Positions 42,040-53,112 are shown, counted from the stretch's first letter. The stretch: 64,000 nt of DNA from Leptospira sp. (GCA_009991425.1 JAACWH010000033.1:302-64301); one strand, 5' to 3'. Program-made: numbers and translations. Notes: generated by a model not told the origin, from the sequence alone.

Positions 42040-45000
42040 AGAAGCTAGATTTAGAACAACCAGCTGATCCAACATCCACTATGGATTTATCAGAATTGAA
42101 GCAAAACATTTGCCACCATCTTCCAACTTGTGTATTACCAACTACATAAGATCGAACTAATCCTGTAGAGCGGTATACTCGAACGATTGCACCAGATTCA
42201 TACAATTCCGCATAATCAGTACAAGATCCATAGAAATTTCTAGACTTACATTCTCTTGACCAATTGTAAACGCTATAACCGCGTCTATACTGAGACCAAG
42301 CAGAACCTTTTAAGGTAACAGTTTCTGGTCCAAATCCAGTCACAACGTCCACATCTAGAGTAAGATCTCCCCCCAGTTTAGATTTATCATTCCAAACTAC
42401 TTGATGAGGCGCTGAACTTCCATATTCTAAATGTGAGTCTAAATCCCTAGGTTCTTCATTCCAAGAGAGAACAACTCTTACTTCGTCATTATTTAGAATT
42501 GGCGAGACTAGAATATTTTGACTAGAAGGAGTATCAGATCCTGCACTAACTACCGTTCTATATGCTGTTGCGACATTGCTACCTTTTACTTCCAGTGTAT
42601 AATTTCCTGCAGGAACATTTACTATAGCAAAAGAGCCATCATTTGCTGTTGTAGCAAGAGGAAGTATTGTAACTCCATCTTGTGCAGTTGCAAAAGGTCC
42701 GGAAGTTATGTTGATTCCAGGACGAATTCTTACTTGCAAACCGTTCATTCCTGAAGAAGAATTCGTAATCGCATTGATAGCACGTCCAGCTATGGCAGCA
42801 GGTGTTTGAGTTCCTGGAACCATAGTAATAATATCGAAATTCGTTGTAGCATTCGCTTGTATATTCACAAGTCCTTCTACAGTTATATAGCCAGCTGAGA
42901 TGAATCGAACCTTCCATTGCCCCGCACTCAAATTGAACACATTGTACTGAGGTGCATTGGAAAAAGAGCTCAATCCATTTGATAATGAACTAGGTTGCAC
43001 ACCTGAAAGCGGACGATTCCCAGATACAGGATGTAAAATCTCAAGATTGTAAGACCCTGTAAAACTAAAGCCTCCAGGAATTTTTATAGAACCAGTAAGG
43101 TTCCCTGTTCCAACATTAGGAACAAGACCAACACTTACTGGAGTTGCATCTCCTTGAGATGGAACATTAATAGAAACATACTGATCTTGGTAACCATTTC
43201 CAGAAATTTTCAATATATAATTTCCTGGATTGATATTATTGATAGTGAAATTTCCGTTAGAGTTTACAGAAATTGCTTCAACCAATTGATCAATTCTTGG
43301 TTGAGTCAAACGATTCGAATTGGGTATTGAGCAGTTTAAGCTAGAAATTCCATCCGATGTAGAACAATCTCTCCGAATATCTGCGACGAATGCATTGGAG
43401 GAATCATATCTTCCGAGTTCAACTGTTGCAGAACCGATTCCAGCTGTAGAGATTGCATTAAAGATACTTCCTGTAATTTGCTTACGGGGTAAGTGGTTGA
43501 CATTGGATGACAAATTGAACACCACAGGAGAGCTTGTGTAGGAATTAGTTGCTACTAAGCCATTATCCGCACCAAAGGAAGCTGAGTTTATATGACCTAA
43601 TGGATCCACAACTAACAATTGGTAGGAACTTTGTTTAAAATTATAATCTCCATTCACTTCATGGATGGATGAAGATGCCGTTCCAACAATATTAGCTGCG
43701 CTTGCTAAGCTAATTGCATTAAGAACTGGAAGACCTGGAATTATACTAGATGCAAGGTATGCATTAATGGCGACTCCCGCTCTTGCTTGGTCATTTGGTA
43801 GACCGGAAGGAAGAACTACAACTTTAGAGCTACCATTGAATGAAAAATATCCTGATGATGTTGTAGTGATATGAGCAACTGCATTGCCAGCTGTATCAGT
43901 ATTTCCAAGAAGAATTACAAAGATACCAGAGAGAGCATTATTTGTAACACTAGAAGATCCAATAATTTGATCTCTAACATTCAGATTTCCCGTAATTTGA
44001 GATCTTTTGGTTGAAGCCAATAGAGTAAATGATCCTGCGTTGTAATCTTGCCCATTTAAAGTTAGAGTTAATGGATCACTTAAACAATTCGTGTTTCCAC
44101 TGCAGTAATTGGAATAACCAGGTGCACTGATGTAATATGCCCACTTCCCAGCTGCTGCTGTAAAAAATACAGATTGGTCTGGTTTCACTTCGTAAACCTT
44201 ATTTCCAAAAGTGGTATAATTCCATGGACCCGATCCTTGGTTGGCAACCACGCAGGATGCTTCAAAATTATTTGCTGCACAAATACCTAATCCTGCTTCT
44301 ACTAACCAAAGTTTGATCATATCCCTGATTTGATCATCGTTAAGAAGATACAAAAGATTCGAAGGAGCTTGGTTGCTAGCGGGACGGAAATTTATCACTG
44401 AGCCTGGAACATAGGAAAGAGTTCCATCTGTAACTTGCCCAGTAATATTTGATTGTCTTGGAGCAACGTAGACTGTAGGAACATTAACTATTTTATTTCC
44501 ACCTGATGAGTGGGGTGTAAACAAGAAAGATGAACTTGCTGGAAAAGTTATTGTATTACCTGAAGAGCTTCCGGAAATCTGAATGGAGTAAACTCCAGCT
44601 GTTAGGTTGCTTGCGCCAAAAGAATAAGAACCCGAGCCTGTAATGGAAGTTGTGGCAACTAAATTGCCTGATGAATTAAAAAGATTAATTGTATAAACTG
44701 TTGTAACATCTCCCGAGATAGCAGCGTTCATTATAGAACCGCTCACTGTTGCAGACGAGCTTGTTGCAGCTAACCACTGTAGATTGGAAGTAGGAACTAT
44801 AACTTGAGTAACTACTGCTGAGTTCGTTCCTTCAAATACAAAATGAATATCTTGGCTAGTGGTAGAAAAGTTCTGACCCATTGCAGTTACATCTGAACCA
44901 TCCAGAATTATAGTATAATTTCCATTGCTTAAATTCGGAAGGTTGATGCTGTAATTTCCTGAAGAATCTGTCGTTGTAGAAGCAATAACATTTCCTTGGG

Positions 45001-45718
45001 AATCAATGACTTGAACAAGAACACCTTGTACTGGACCTGCAGGCACATTCACATCACCTGCAAAACCAGAAGTATTCACAGTTCCTGTAAAAGAAGCTGG
45101 CCCTGAAGTATAGAATAATCTCTCTGCTGCTATAGATCCTAGATTAATAATTGTAATAGATTGGGCGCTAGTAGGATCAAATGTAAAGAGAAAATCTCTA
45201 TGGGCGTAATTCAAACCAAAGCCAGTCTCTATTAGAACTCGGTAGTTGTTATTAGGTAGATTATCGATATCGAATTGAAAGCTCCCATTTGCTAGAAGCT
45301 TCTGTGAAGAAACTACTGTCGCATTCGGTGCTACCAGCTTAGCTGTTATCGCAGTAAAATCTAAGCAATTTGGAGAAATAGGAGCACCTGGTTCACCACA
45401 AACATCACCTGATGGTTGATTGGCGATGGTAGCATAAAAATTACCACGAATAGAAGCTGCACCTGATGTAGGTACCTCTTGTTCTGCTAAAGATATAGGA
45501 ACGGTCCCATTTTCAGTATTAGTTCCTAGGTTCTCAGGGAGAGGAACTCCGTTGGAGTCCACATTTACGTCACTAACAGATGTACCACCACCTGCAGCTA
45601 GCAAAAGCCAGAATAAACCGCCACCTTTCTTCTTACTGCAATTCACAGTAGAGAAAAGGATAATTACCAGAAGAATTAGACTTCTGGAAAAACTTCCCAA
45701 TTGTATGTTCATTTTCAA
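42020..45718 (-). CDS. Large repeat-rich surface lipoprotein (carboxypeptidase-regulatory-like beta-sandwich repeats + DUF2135-like C-terminal domain)
   Basis: Lipobox 'LFSTVNC'. There are at least 6 repeats with the pattern 'NGNYTIILDGS', 'AGVYSIQISGS', 'PGNYILKISGNGY', 'AGNYTLEVKGSN'. The C-terminus reads 'VRVVLSWNEEPRDLDSHLEY...GGDLTLDVDVVTGFGPETVTL'. Confidence 0.8.
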   Translation of the reverse strand: MKMNIQLGSFSRSLILLVIILFSTVNCSKKKGGGLFWLLLAAGGGTSVSDVNVDSNGVPLPENLGTNTENGTVPISLAEQEVPTSGAASIRGNFYATIANQPSGDVCGEPGAPISPNCLDFTAITAKLVAPNATVVSSQKLLANGSFQFDIDNLPNNNYRVLIETGFGLNYAHRDFLFTFDPTSAQSITIINLGSIAAERLFYTSGPASFTGTVNTSGFAGDVNVPAGPVQGVLVQVIDSQGNVIASTTTDSSGNYSINLPNLSNGNYTIILDGSDVTAMGQNFSTTSQDIHFVFEGTNSAVVTQVIVPTSNLQWLAATSSSATVSGSIMNAAISGDVTTVYTINLFNSSGNLVATTSITGSGSYSFGASNLTAGVYSIQISGSSSGNTITFPASSSFLFTPHSSGGNKIVNVPTVYVAPRQSNITGQVTDGTLSYVPGSVINFRPASNQAPSNLLYLLNDDQIRDMIKLWLVEAGLGICAANNFEASCVVANQGSGPWNYTTFGNKVYEVKPDQSVFFTAAAGKWAYYISAPGYSNYCSGNTNCLSDPLTLTLNGQDYNAGSFTLLASTKRSQITGNLNVRDQIIGSSSVTNNALSGIFVILLGNTDTAGNAVAHITTTSSGYFSFNGSSKVVVLPSGLPNDQARAGVAINAYLASSIIPGLPVLNAISLASAANIVGTASSSIHEVNGDYNFKQSSYQLLVVDPLGHINSASFGADNGLVATNSYTSSPVVFNLSSNVNHLPRKQITGSIFNAISTAGIGSATVELGRYDSSNAFVADIRRDCSTSDGISSLNCSIPNSNRLTQPRIDQLVEAISVNSNGNFTINNINPGNYILKISGNGYQDQYVSINVPSQGDATPVSVGLVPNVGTGNLTGSIKIPGGFSFTGSYNLEILHPVSGNRPLSGVQPSSLSNGLSSFSNAPQYNVFNLSAGQWKVRFISAGYITVEGLVNIQANATTNFDIITMVPGTQTPAAIAGRAINAITNSSSGMNGLQVRIRPGINITSGPFATAQDGVTILPLATTANDGSFAIVNVPAGNYTLEVKGSNVATAYRTVVSAGSDTPSSQNILVSPILNNDEVRVVLSWNEEPRDLDSHLEYGSSAPHQVVWNDKSKLGGDLTLDVDVVTGFGPETVTLKGSAWSQYRRGYSVYNWSRECKSRNFYGSCTDYAELYESGAIVRVYRSTGLVRSYVVGNTQVGRWWQMFCFNSDKSIVDVGSAGCSKSSFFNASRN

Positions 45719-46183
45719 ATTCCTATATGGATCTTTTTCGCAAATTGCTAATCTCAGAAACCTCGGAGTCTAGCATTGTAAAAGAGACGAATTCTTAAAT
45801 AAAAAGTCAACAAAAAAATTATGAAAAAAGTTATTTTAGTATAGCGGATATTAGCAAAATACACTGAGATCTAAATGAGACATAATAATCTAAATTTATG
45901 GACATTATGTACTTTAAAAGATAGGAAATGAGGCTGATTAGAAATTATTTATACGATTTTCTTAAAGAGATCAAATTTTCAACTCTAGGTCTTATTTATT
46001 CAATAAATAAAATCCTGATTTATTATCGTATATTGATACGAATAGAGATTATAAATAAATTCTCTTGTTTTGTAAAACATCCAAGTCTGCCTTTCTGTAT
46101 GAAAGTTAAATTTTAGTGATGCAAATCTATTGTCAATTTTTTATAAGTAAAAAGGTAGGATTAGCCCAATAAAATTTAACAGT

Positions 46184-47395
46184 ATGGACTTTCAAGACAT
46201 CTTCCTATTATTTATGATGCCATTTACCTATGGATTTGTAGGTTGGATTACGAATTGGTTAGCTCTAAAGATGACATTCTATCCCTTGCAATTTTGGGGG
46301 ATTCCACCTTACATCGGTTGGCAGGGAATCATTCCGCGAAAGGCTCATAAAATGGCAATCAAAGCGGTCGATGTGATCACTGATAAGCTAATGAATGTGG
46401 AAGAAGTATTTGCACGCATTGATCCAAAAAAATTCGAAAATGAATTATATCCGCTCTTAGCTGATTCTATTCAAGAATCTACTGAGGTCTTCGGTAGAAG
46501 TATTAATTTCGAAATGTGGAATTCCTTACCGAAGATAATTCATGAAGAAATCGCTTACAAAGTTGAGAGAGCTTCACGGGCGACTATACGGAATGTTATT
46601 CTCAAGCTAAGAAACCAGATTGAATCCTATCTCGATCTTAAAGGAATCGTTCTCCATTGCTTAACAGGTTCTAATGTTGGATTAATAGTTGATGTTTTCC
46701 AAAAAGTAGGAAAGCCTGAATTCAAATTTATAGAAAGATCTGGATTTTATTTTGGGTTCCTTCTTGGAATGTTACAATTGGTATTTTGGTTAATTTATCC
46801 TGTTAGCTGGAGTATTCCGATACAAGGAATTATCGTTGGTTATTTAACAAATTACTTAGCAATCAATATGATCTTTCGCCCCTTAGTTCCGAAAGTTTAT
46901 TTTGGATTATTTAGTTACCAAGGACTTTTTCTGAAAAGACAAACAGAAGTTTCTCAAGAATATTCTAAAATTGTCGCAGAAAAAATTCTCACACCTAAAA
47001 ACATTTTGCAAGATATTCTTCGTGGCGCTAAATCAGAGGAATTTATATCTTTAATTGATTCCTCTGTTTCTGCCCAAATCGATAGGTTGACACTTTTAGC
47101 AAAACCTATACTTTTTACTACTGGCAAAATGGAAAAATTCAATCTTTTAAAAAAAGAATTATCGAATCGAATGCTTGAAAGCATTCTCAATTCCTTAGAA
47201 GAAATAGAACCTTTTTTTGAGCAAGCTTTAGATTTAGAAAGAACTATGGCAGATAAAATGTCCAAACTTTCTGCACAAGAATTTGAATCTGTTCTTAGGT
47301 CTGCTTTCCAAGAGGATGAGTTACTCTTAATACTTGTAGGGGCACTTCTAGGAGCATTCGTTGGCTTGGGACAACTGTTTTTTCTTGTAAGCTAG
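46184..47395 (+). CDS. DUF445 family membrane protein
   Basis: 'GWITNWLALKMTFYP' near the N-terminus and TM helices at both ends. Confidence 0.7.
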   Translation: MDFQDIFLLFMMPFTYGFVGWITNWLALKMTFYPLQFWGIPPYIGWQGIIPRKAHKMAIKAVDVITDKLMNVEEVFARIDPKKFENELYPLLADSIQESTEVFGRSINFEMWNSLPKIIHEEIAYKVERASRATIRNVILKLRNQIESYLDLKGIVLHCLTGSNVGLIVDVFQKVGKPEFKFIERSGFYFGFLLGMLQLVFWLIYPVSWSIPIQGIIVGYLTNYLAINMIFRPLVPKVYFGLFSYQGLFLKRQTEVSQEYSKIVAEKILTPKNILQDILRGAKSEEFISLIDSSVSAQIDRLTLLAKPILFTTGKMEKFNLLKKELSNRMLESILNSLEEIEPFFEQALDLERTMADKMSKLSAQEFESVLRSAFQEDELLLILVGALLGAFVGLGQLFFLVS

Positions 47396-47536
47396 CATTA
47401 CAATCGCATTATTTACTGGGAACTTTAAGGACATAAATCAATAAAATAAGAACCACTAAAATATTTAGAAAAAAATGAATAGTAACAAAAATCAATATTC
47501 ACAGTTTTGATGTCGATAATAGATATAGAAAACCAT

Positions 47537-48340
47537 ATGAGAAGAACTGTATTAGTTGTCATTTTCTGTCTTTGCCTATTGCCAGGCCATAGTTTTGCTG
47601 AGCCGATCCAAGAAGTCAGTTATGGTATCTGGATTGAAGATTCTTTGGCAATAAATTTCCAATATCCTAGAGCTTGGATTAAAAAAATAGAGAGAACACC
47701 TTATAATTTAATCCTTCAATTGGAAAAAAATAACGAAGCAGTTCTAAGACTCGATACGCAAACTAGAGAAACCAATTGGGATCTCGACAGATTCATAGAA
47801 GAGAATGTAGATCTTATTTTGCGACGACATCCAGATATGCAGATCAAACAAGAAAGAATACTAGAGGATGATTACAACGGTTTTGATAATGCACATTTTG
47901 TATTAATTCATTATAAAGAGGAAGGAGAACTCATATCTAACAGATTCCTTTTTACACGTAAAGCAAATACCTATTTCGTAATTCAGTCCAAAATTATTCG
48001 AAAGGAATTTACTAAGTATAAAGCAGAAGCAGATCTTTTTATGAAATCAATTGTAAGTGAAAGACCGTCTGCAAATAGATGGAGAAATGATTCGCTTTCC
48101 TATCTAAACCCCGCTTATGATGAAGCAACTATACGTTTTGTCCAAGACTCTCTTAGACAAACTAAAACTAATTCAAAAATCGAAGGGGATCGTTTGCAAG
48201 GTATTGAACCAAAATTAGGAAAAGAGACAACAGATTCCGAAGAAAAGAGACCAATCAAAGATATGGAACCAGGGAAAAATCCACCGGCAGGCTCTGTCGA
48301 ACAGCTCCCTGTTGAAATTAATTCTCCGGGTCCCATTTAA
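47537..48340 (+). CDS. Hypothetical secreted protein
   Basis: Signal peptide when started at 'MRRTVLVVIFCLCLLPGHSFA' (ATG at 47537). The C-terminal tail is Pro/Glu-rich. Confidence 0.55.
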   Translation: MRRTVLVVIFCLCLLPGHSFAEPIQEVSYGIWIEDSLAINFQYPRAWIKKIERTPYNLILQLEKNNEAVLRLDTQTRETNWDLDRFIEENVDLILRRHPDMQIKQERILEDDYNGFDNAHFVLIHYKEEGELISNRFLFTRKANTYFVIQSKIIRKEFTKYKAEADLFMKSIVSERPSANRWRNDSLSYLNPAYDEATIRFVQDSLRQTKTNSKIEGDRLQGIEPKLGKETTDSEEKRPIKDMEPGKNPPAGSVEQLPVEINSPGPI

Positions 48341-48405
48341 TTTAAATTGTCTACCAGATTTTATTAATACATCCTGAAAAACAATTAATCTTTTAACATC
48401 TGCTA

Positions 48406-49233
48406 TTATTTACTATTTAAACTTGCTACAACCATTTCTGCAGCAGCTGCACCTGAATTCTGTTGTTGACCAGTAATTAAATTCCCATCCTGGATTGCAT
48501 AAGATGAAAAGGCTTCCGCTGCTCTAAAAGTTGTTCCCTTTAGCTTGTTTGCTTCTTCCTGGATTCTGTAAGGCTGTATCTTCATTCCTACAGTTTTATC
48601 ACTGTAATCTTCTTCGGAATCGGCAAAACCAGTCCATGTCTTTCCTGATACTAATAAGCTTCCATCTGATTTTTTTGCGTCTAACAATAAGGTTGTAGAA
48701 TGACATACTGCTGCAGTGGGCTTACCGGATTCATAAAAACCAGCAAATAGATTCTGTAATTCTTTATTACCTTTATAAGTATACATAGGTCCTTGTCCAC
48801 CAACCAAAAATATTGCAACGTAATCTTCAGGATTGACATCAGTAAATTTTTTAGTATTAGCTAACATATCATTAAACTCTTTTTTCTGCAGATAACCCAA
48901 TGTTATAATATCATGGGCAGAATATCCACTTTCATGAGTAGGATCTGAATAAGCATCCATGATGATTTTTCCACCCTCTGTGGAAGCCAAATCAACTTCA
49001 TAGCCCGATTCTTGGAAAACTCTCAATGGGTGAGTTAACTCTGCACCCCAAAAACCAATTGGCCAACCAGTTTGTTTGGAAACTGAGGGACTGCTAGCTA
49101 TCATTAAAATTTTACCCTTAAAAGGCATTCCATGCGAGTGAACATATTTTATTTCTTCTTGAAGCTTAGATCCACATGAGATTGCCATAGCTACAATAGA
49201 GAAACAAGTTATAAACCTAAAAATTTTATTCAT
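48406..49233 (-). CDS. DJ-1/PfpI family (type 1 glutamine amidotransferase-like) lipoprotein
   Basis: Start at 'MNKIFRFITCFSIVAMAISC' (lipobox). Nucleophile elbow 'AAVCHS'. Confidence 0.8.
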   Translation of the reverse strand: MNKIFRFITCFSIVAMAISCGSKLQEEIKYVHSHGMPFKGKILMIASSPSVSKQTGWPIGFWGAELTHPLRVFQESGYEVDLASTEGGKIIMDAYSDPTHESGYSAHDIITLGYLQKKEFNDMLANTKKFTDVNPEDYVAIFLVGGQGPMYTYKGNKELQNLFAGFYESGKPTAAVCHSTTLLLDAKKSDGSLLVSGKTWTGFADSEEDYSDKTVGMKIQPYRIQEEANKLKGTTFRAAEAFSSYAIQDGNLITGQQQNSGAAAAEMVVASLNSK

Positions 49234-49486
49234 AATTATCCTCATAGTATTTTGTAAAAATATTATAGATAAATGAATCATTAATTTATAAACAGGGTCA
49301 ATTTGTTAAAATGGATAGTTATACATTAATTGGATATACTATAGAATATAGTAATTGAATTACTTTTCCAATATTCAATTTCAATAAAGTAAGTATTATT
49401 GTGAAGAAGGATCATCCTTCATGAAAGATGATCTGAAGAAATCACCTTACAATCAATCTTAGAACTTGTAAATGAAAGAATAAATT

Positions 49487-50677
49487 TCAAAGACTATCAT
49501 AAACTGCACGACAAAGATTCATTGTCTTGATAGGTCTGTTTCTATAGTCTAACTTATTACATGTGTAAGCAAAGGAAATCTTCGCAGTTGGATCTACGAA
49601 AGATAGACTACCTCCCATTCCATTATGTCCAAAACTGGAGGCATTAGGTGAGAAGATTCCTTCTTCTTCCTTCTGAAATCCTAAATTCCAACCTTGCTTT
49701 TTATGAATAACTTTATCATAACGAAGTGGATTTTCTTCTGATAAAATTTCAATCAATTGTTTATTTGCGAGCTTCACACCTTTTTGCTGGCCACCCAATA
49801 GGAACACATTGTACAACTCTGCCAGACTTCTGGCATCTCCCATAGCAGAACACCAAAGAAGTTCTGTTTCTTGTAACTTTCTTTCATTGAAGACTTCAAT
49901 GCCCTTCCATCCAGCCCAGGGGTTGAGATATGCACGCATTGTTTCTTGATCTCCTGTTAAAATTGAACGAATTGTACGCCCCTCGGAATCATTACCTCTC
50001 CATAAATGGGGTAGCAAAGCCATAGTTCTATCCCAATTTGAGATTGGATATACCTTTGCGACTGTGCCTTTGTTATTCTTGGGTAAGCCTATGAAAAGAT
50101 TTAGCTTTAATTTCTTTGCAATTTCTCTATGGAAAAATTGACCCAAGGATTCACCTTGGATCTGTTGGAATAATTCTGCAGCAAAAATTCCCCAAGCTTG
50201 GGCACCATAAGCCTGCTTTTCATTAGAGTTCCATCTGACTTTTTGATCTACTAATGCTTTATATATTCGAGGTGACTTAATATAAAAATCATTTAGACTT
50301 AAAGTTTTATCAATAATATGCAGACCGGCTCTATGTTCTAATAATTCTCGAACAGTGATGTGAGATTTTCCATTTTTTCCAAAATCCTTCCAATAGTATG
50401 TGACGGGTAGATTGTAATCCAATTTCTTACGAACAGCTAACATAAGAAAGCATAAAGCACTTAGTCCTTTTGTTACAGAGAATAATGGAACTAGAGTATT
50501 TTTCTCCCAAGGCAAATACTCATGTTTCTCTCTAAGACCACCCCAAAGATCGACTACCTTCTTGCCTTTATAGTAGACGCAGACTGAAGCTCCAATATCA
50601 TCCTCTCTTTCGAAATTATCTTCAAACACTGATTTCAATCTATTAAATTTTTTAGTACATTTTCCATGAATATCCAT
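49487..50677 (-). CDS. Serine hydrolase, class C beta-lactamase/esterase family
   Basis: SxxK motif 'FSVTKG'. 396 aa. Confidence 0.85.
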   Translation of the reverse strand: MDIHGKCTKKFNRLKSVFEDNFEREDDIGASVCVYYKGKKVVDLWGGLREKHEYLPWEKNTLVPLFSVTKGLSALCFLMLAVRKKLDYNLPVTYYWKDFGKNGKSHITVRELLEHRAGLHIIDKTLSLNDFYIKSPRIYKALVDQKVRWNSNEKQAYGAQAWGIFAAELFQQIQGESLGQFFHREIAKKLKLNLFIGLPKNNKGTVAKVYPISNWDRTMALLPHLWRGNDSEGRTIRSILTGDQETMRAYLNPWAGWKGIEVFNERKLQETELLWCSAMGDARSLAELYNVFLLGGQQKGVKLANKQLIEILSEENPLRYDKVIHKKQGWNLGFQKEEEGIFSPNASSFGHNGMGGSLSFVDPTAKISFAYTCNKLDYRNRPIKTMNLCRAVYDSL

Positions 50678-50832
50678 AATAAGATTGTTATCCTTGATTG
50701 ATTCTAGAGTGCAAAGATTGATTCGCCCACCATTTTATAGTTCGGATAAAACTATGCAAGGTAATTGTAGATTTTTTCAGGTGGAAGTGAATAATTCTAG
50801 TCATTGTATTTTGAAAGATTTAATCTGTCCAA

Positions 50833-51549
50833 ATGCTACCTGCTAGTCCGCTCAAAAGAACCGTCTACCGTGCTTCTACTAGCCTGCTTTCCACTATCTC
50901 AGCAATACTGCTCACCATCTACCAATCCACTTTGGTATTTATCATCGAAGGAGAAGATCATCTTAGAATTTTAAGAACCCAAAAGAGAAATCATATTTTA
51001 GCAATCTGGCATACCTTTGTGGATGCCGCAGTATTTTGTCTTCATCATAGAAATCTTTGTATTTATTCAGATCATCCTAGAACAAAGGAATATGAAGAAA
51101 GTTTAACGCATTTTATGCGAGAAGTTGGACTCAAAACACTTAGAGCGCTTGGCTTTGATGTATTGGATGCCTCCTTAGGCAAGCAATCTGCTGGTATAAT
51201 GAACTTTATTAAGAAGATACAAAATGGTACGCCTAGTCTAGTCGCACCCGATGGTCCAAATGGTCCCATCTATGAAGCCAAGCCAGGCGTTGTTTACATG
51301 GCAGCTAAGGCAAATTCATATATAGTTCCTATTGGAGTTGGTTTTTCCAGAAGAATCATTGGAAGCAATTGGGATGATCTAAGCTTTCCACTTCCCTTTT
51401 CTAGAGTTGCCTTTGTAATCGGTGAACCTATAAAGCCAAGTACGGATACAAGCGAAGAATCTCTCGCCAAACAAGCACTTGATCTTGAAAATAAAATCGA
51501 TGAACTCTGCTTTCGTGCTAATGATATTCTATACGGAAAGAAAAAGTAA
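50833..51549 (+). CDS. DUF374 lysophospholipid-acyltransferase-like protein
   Basis: 'LAIWHTF' and 'LVAPDGPNGPIYEAKPGVVYMAAKANSYIVPIG'. Confidence 0.7.
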   Translation: MLPASPLKRTVYRASTSLLSTISAILLTIYQSTLVFIIEGEDHLRILRTQKRNHILAIWHTFVDAAVFCLHHRNLCIYSDHPRTKEYEESLTHFMREVGLKTLRALGFDVLDASLGKQSAGIMNFIKKIQNGTPSLVAPDGPNGPIYEAKPGVVYMAAKANSYIVPIGVGFSRRIIGSNWDDLSFPLPFSRVAFVIGEPIKPSTDTSEESLAKQALDLENKIDELCFRANDILYGKKK

Positions 51550-51550
51550 A

Positions 51551-51916
51551 TTACAATGGGCGAATCAAGAGAATGGTAACCATGATCAATGATCCTAGGA
51601 ATAAAGTTAGTACAATCGGAATGAATAACAATAAAATATAATTATTGCTAATACAAATTCCCATAAAGGCAAATATTTGAAATATACAAAACAAAACCGT
51701 TCCAACTAAATGTATTTTCTTAAATGGTCTTGCAGGCCTACCCCTGTTGAACAAACCTCTTTTACCTTGGCGCGAACTTGCTCTTCGATTCAAGTCAGCT
51801 GAATCAGCCTTTCTATTTTTATTATCCTCTGGTTGTAAAAAATCGAAATTAATATTTCCCTTACGAAGAGATCTTTCTATACTAGATGGAATTTTTTCTT
51901 CTTTCTCTTCACTCAT
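51551..51916 (-). CDS. Hypothetical membrane protein (basic N-terminus, 2 TM helices)
   Basis: 121 aa. It overlaps the upstream membrane protein gene by 4 nt. Confidence 0.5.
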   Translation of the reverse strand: MSEEKEEKIPSSIERSLRKGNINFDFLQPEDNKNRKADSADLNRRASSRQGKRGLFNRGRPARPFKKIHLVGTVLFCIFQIFAFMGICISNNYILLLFIPIVLTLFLGSLIMVTILLIRPL

Positions 51917-52533
51917 GATTTGTTCTCAAGAGCCTCTGCTAAAAGTTTCTGGTAATGTTCTACTTCTCCGCGCAGAGTCTCAAACCTTAATGCCAAATAG
52001 CCTGTATAAATTCCAACCAACCAAAATCCACCTAACTTTAAAATTTCCTTTTGGATTCCTGGTATTTGCATCTCAGGATAGTATTGATAACTGATTAGAG
52101 CTATATAAAATAAATTCATAACTAAGGTTCCTGCTAAAGAAACACGGATTCCATATCTCAGTCCATTCGAAACAATCACAACAAAGTTTAAGACAAAGAA
52201 CATACTCTCAGATCCCCCTGTAGGAATCATAACAAGTGCAACAGCAAGAAAATCTGAAATCATGGTTAGATACTTTATGGAAGGATGTATGAAATTTTTG
52301 ACTAAGGCTTGGCGTAGGATGAGCATAACTGTTGAATTTACAATTCCAACAAAACAAGCCAAACTTCCAATATAATACCAATTAAAAATATGTTCCTGGC
52401 CAATCTCTATAGAACGCCCTGTAAGCAAAAGATATCCTAAATAAGGAACTAAAATAAATAGAATCAACCATCTTACTCCAGCTTTGTTCTTTTCGTTACG
52501 GATCTCCCATAGCATTTTTTCAGTTGATTGCAT
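51913..52533 (-). CDS. Hypothetical polytopic membrane protein (about 6 TM helices + short coiled C-terminus)
   Basis: 206 aa. The hydrophobic pattern resembles sensor-type membrane modules, but there is no output domain. Confidence 0.55.
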   Translation of the reverse strand: MQSTEKMLWEIRNEKNKAGVRWLILFILVPYLGYLLLTGRSIEIGQEHIFNWYYIGSLACFVGIVNSTVMLILRQALVKNFIHPSIKYLTMISDFLAVALVMIPTGGSESMFFVLNFVVIVSNGLRYGIRVSLAGTLVMNLFYIALISYQYYPEMQIPGIQKEILKLGGFWLVGIYTGYLALRFETLRGEVEHYQKLLAEALENKS

Positions 52534-52695
52534 AATGTTTGACTATTATAGTTAATTATTCCTTAATAGGTCTACAATTTTTTTCTAAGAGAACTGAATT
52601 CTAGTTTCCAGCATGAGGAAATCCCTTAGGAAAAATATCTTATTGATTTCTCATTTGATTCAGAAAGGCTAACAATAAATAAGAAGAGAGAAATT

Positions 52696-53112
52696 ATGAA
52701 CCCAGATAAAGTTTTTAAAATTACAAGTCTATTTGTCTTAATTCCGTGGGTCTTAATGATGCTGCTACCAGCTTGGTATTATACATCATTACTAATCAAC
52801 TCTTTGGTAATTCCTATTCTACTTTCGTTGGTTTATATTTTTTATATAGTTTCCAATTTTGGAAAAGCTAAAGGAGATTTCAAAAGCCTAGAAGGACTTG
52901 GAAGACTTTTTAAAAACAAGGGCTTACTGCTAGCAGGTTGGATTCATTATTTGATTTTTGATTTATTTGTAGGTGCCTGGGAATGGCAAAACTCACAAGA
53001 AATTCAGATGCCTCATCTTCTTTTGGTTCCCTGTTTATTTTTTACCTTAATGTTCGGACCTGCAGGATTTGTATTGTACCTAGGTGTTCGGATGCTTTAC
53101 TTGAGTTTATAA
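52696..53112 (+). CDS. DUF4281 (ABA4-like) membrane protein
   Basis: 'LLAGWIHYLIFDLFVGAWEW' and 'FGPAGFVLY'. Confidence 0.6.
   Translation: MNPDKVFKITSLFVLIPWVLMMLLPAWYYTSLLINSLVIPILLSLVYIFYIVSNFGKAKGDFKSLEGLGRLFKNKGLLLAGWIHYLIFDLFVGAWEWQNSQEIQMPHLLLVPCLFFTLMFGPAGFVLYLGVRMLYLSL

Noticed and set aside
42518-42917. Cys-rich ORFs (78 and 92 aa) that superficially resemble cysteine-rich peptides
   Set aside because: They are embedded, antisense or out of frame, in the 1232-aa lipoprotein gene. The Cys richness comes from reading GCA/ACA-rich Ser/Thr/Ala/Gly codons in another frame.
45719-46183. 62-aa ORF (45928-46116) and a possible ncRNA in the 465-nt divergent intergenic region
   Set aside because: The ORF is an AT-rich Ile/Lys/Leu string without a ribosome-binding site. 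I found no convincing stem-loops or repeats. It is most likely a promoter region for the two divergent genes.
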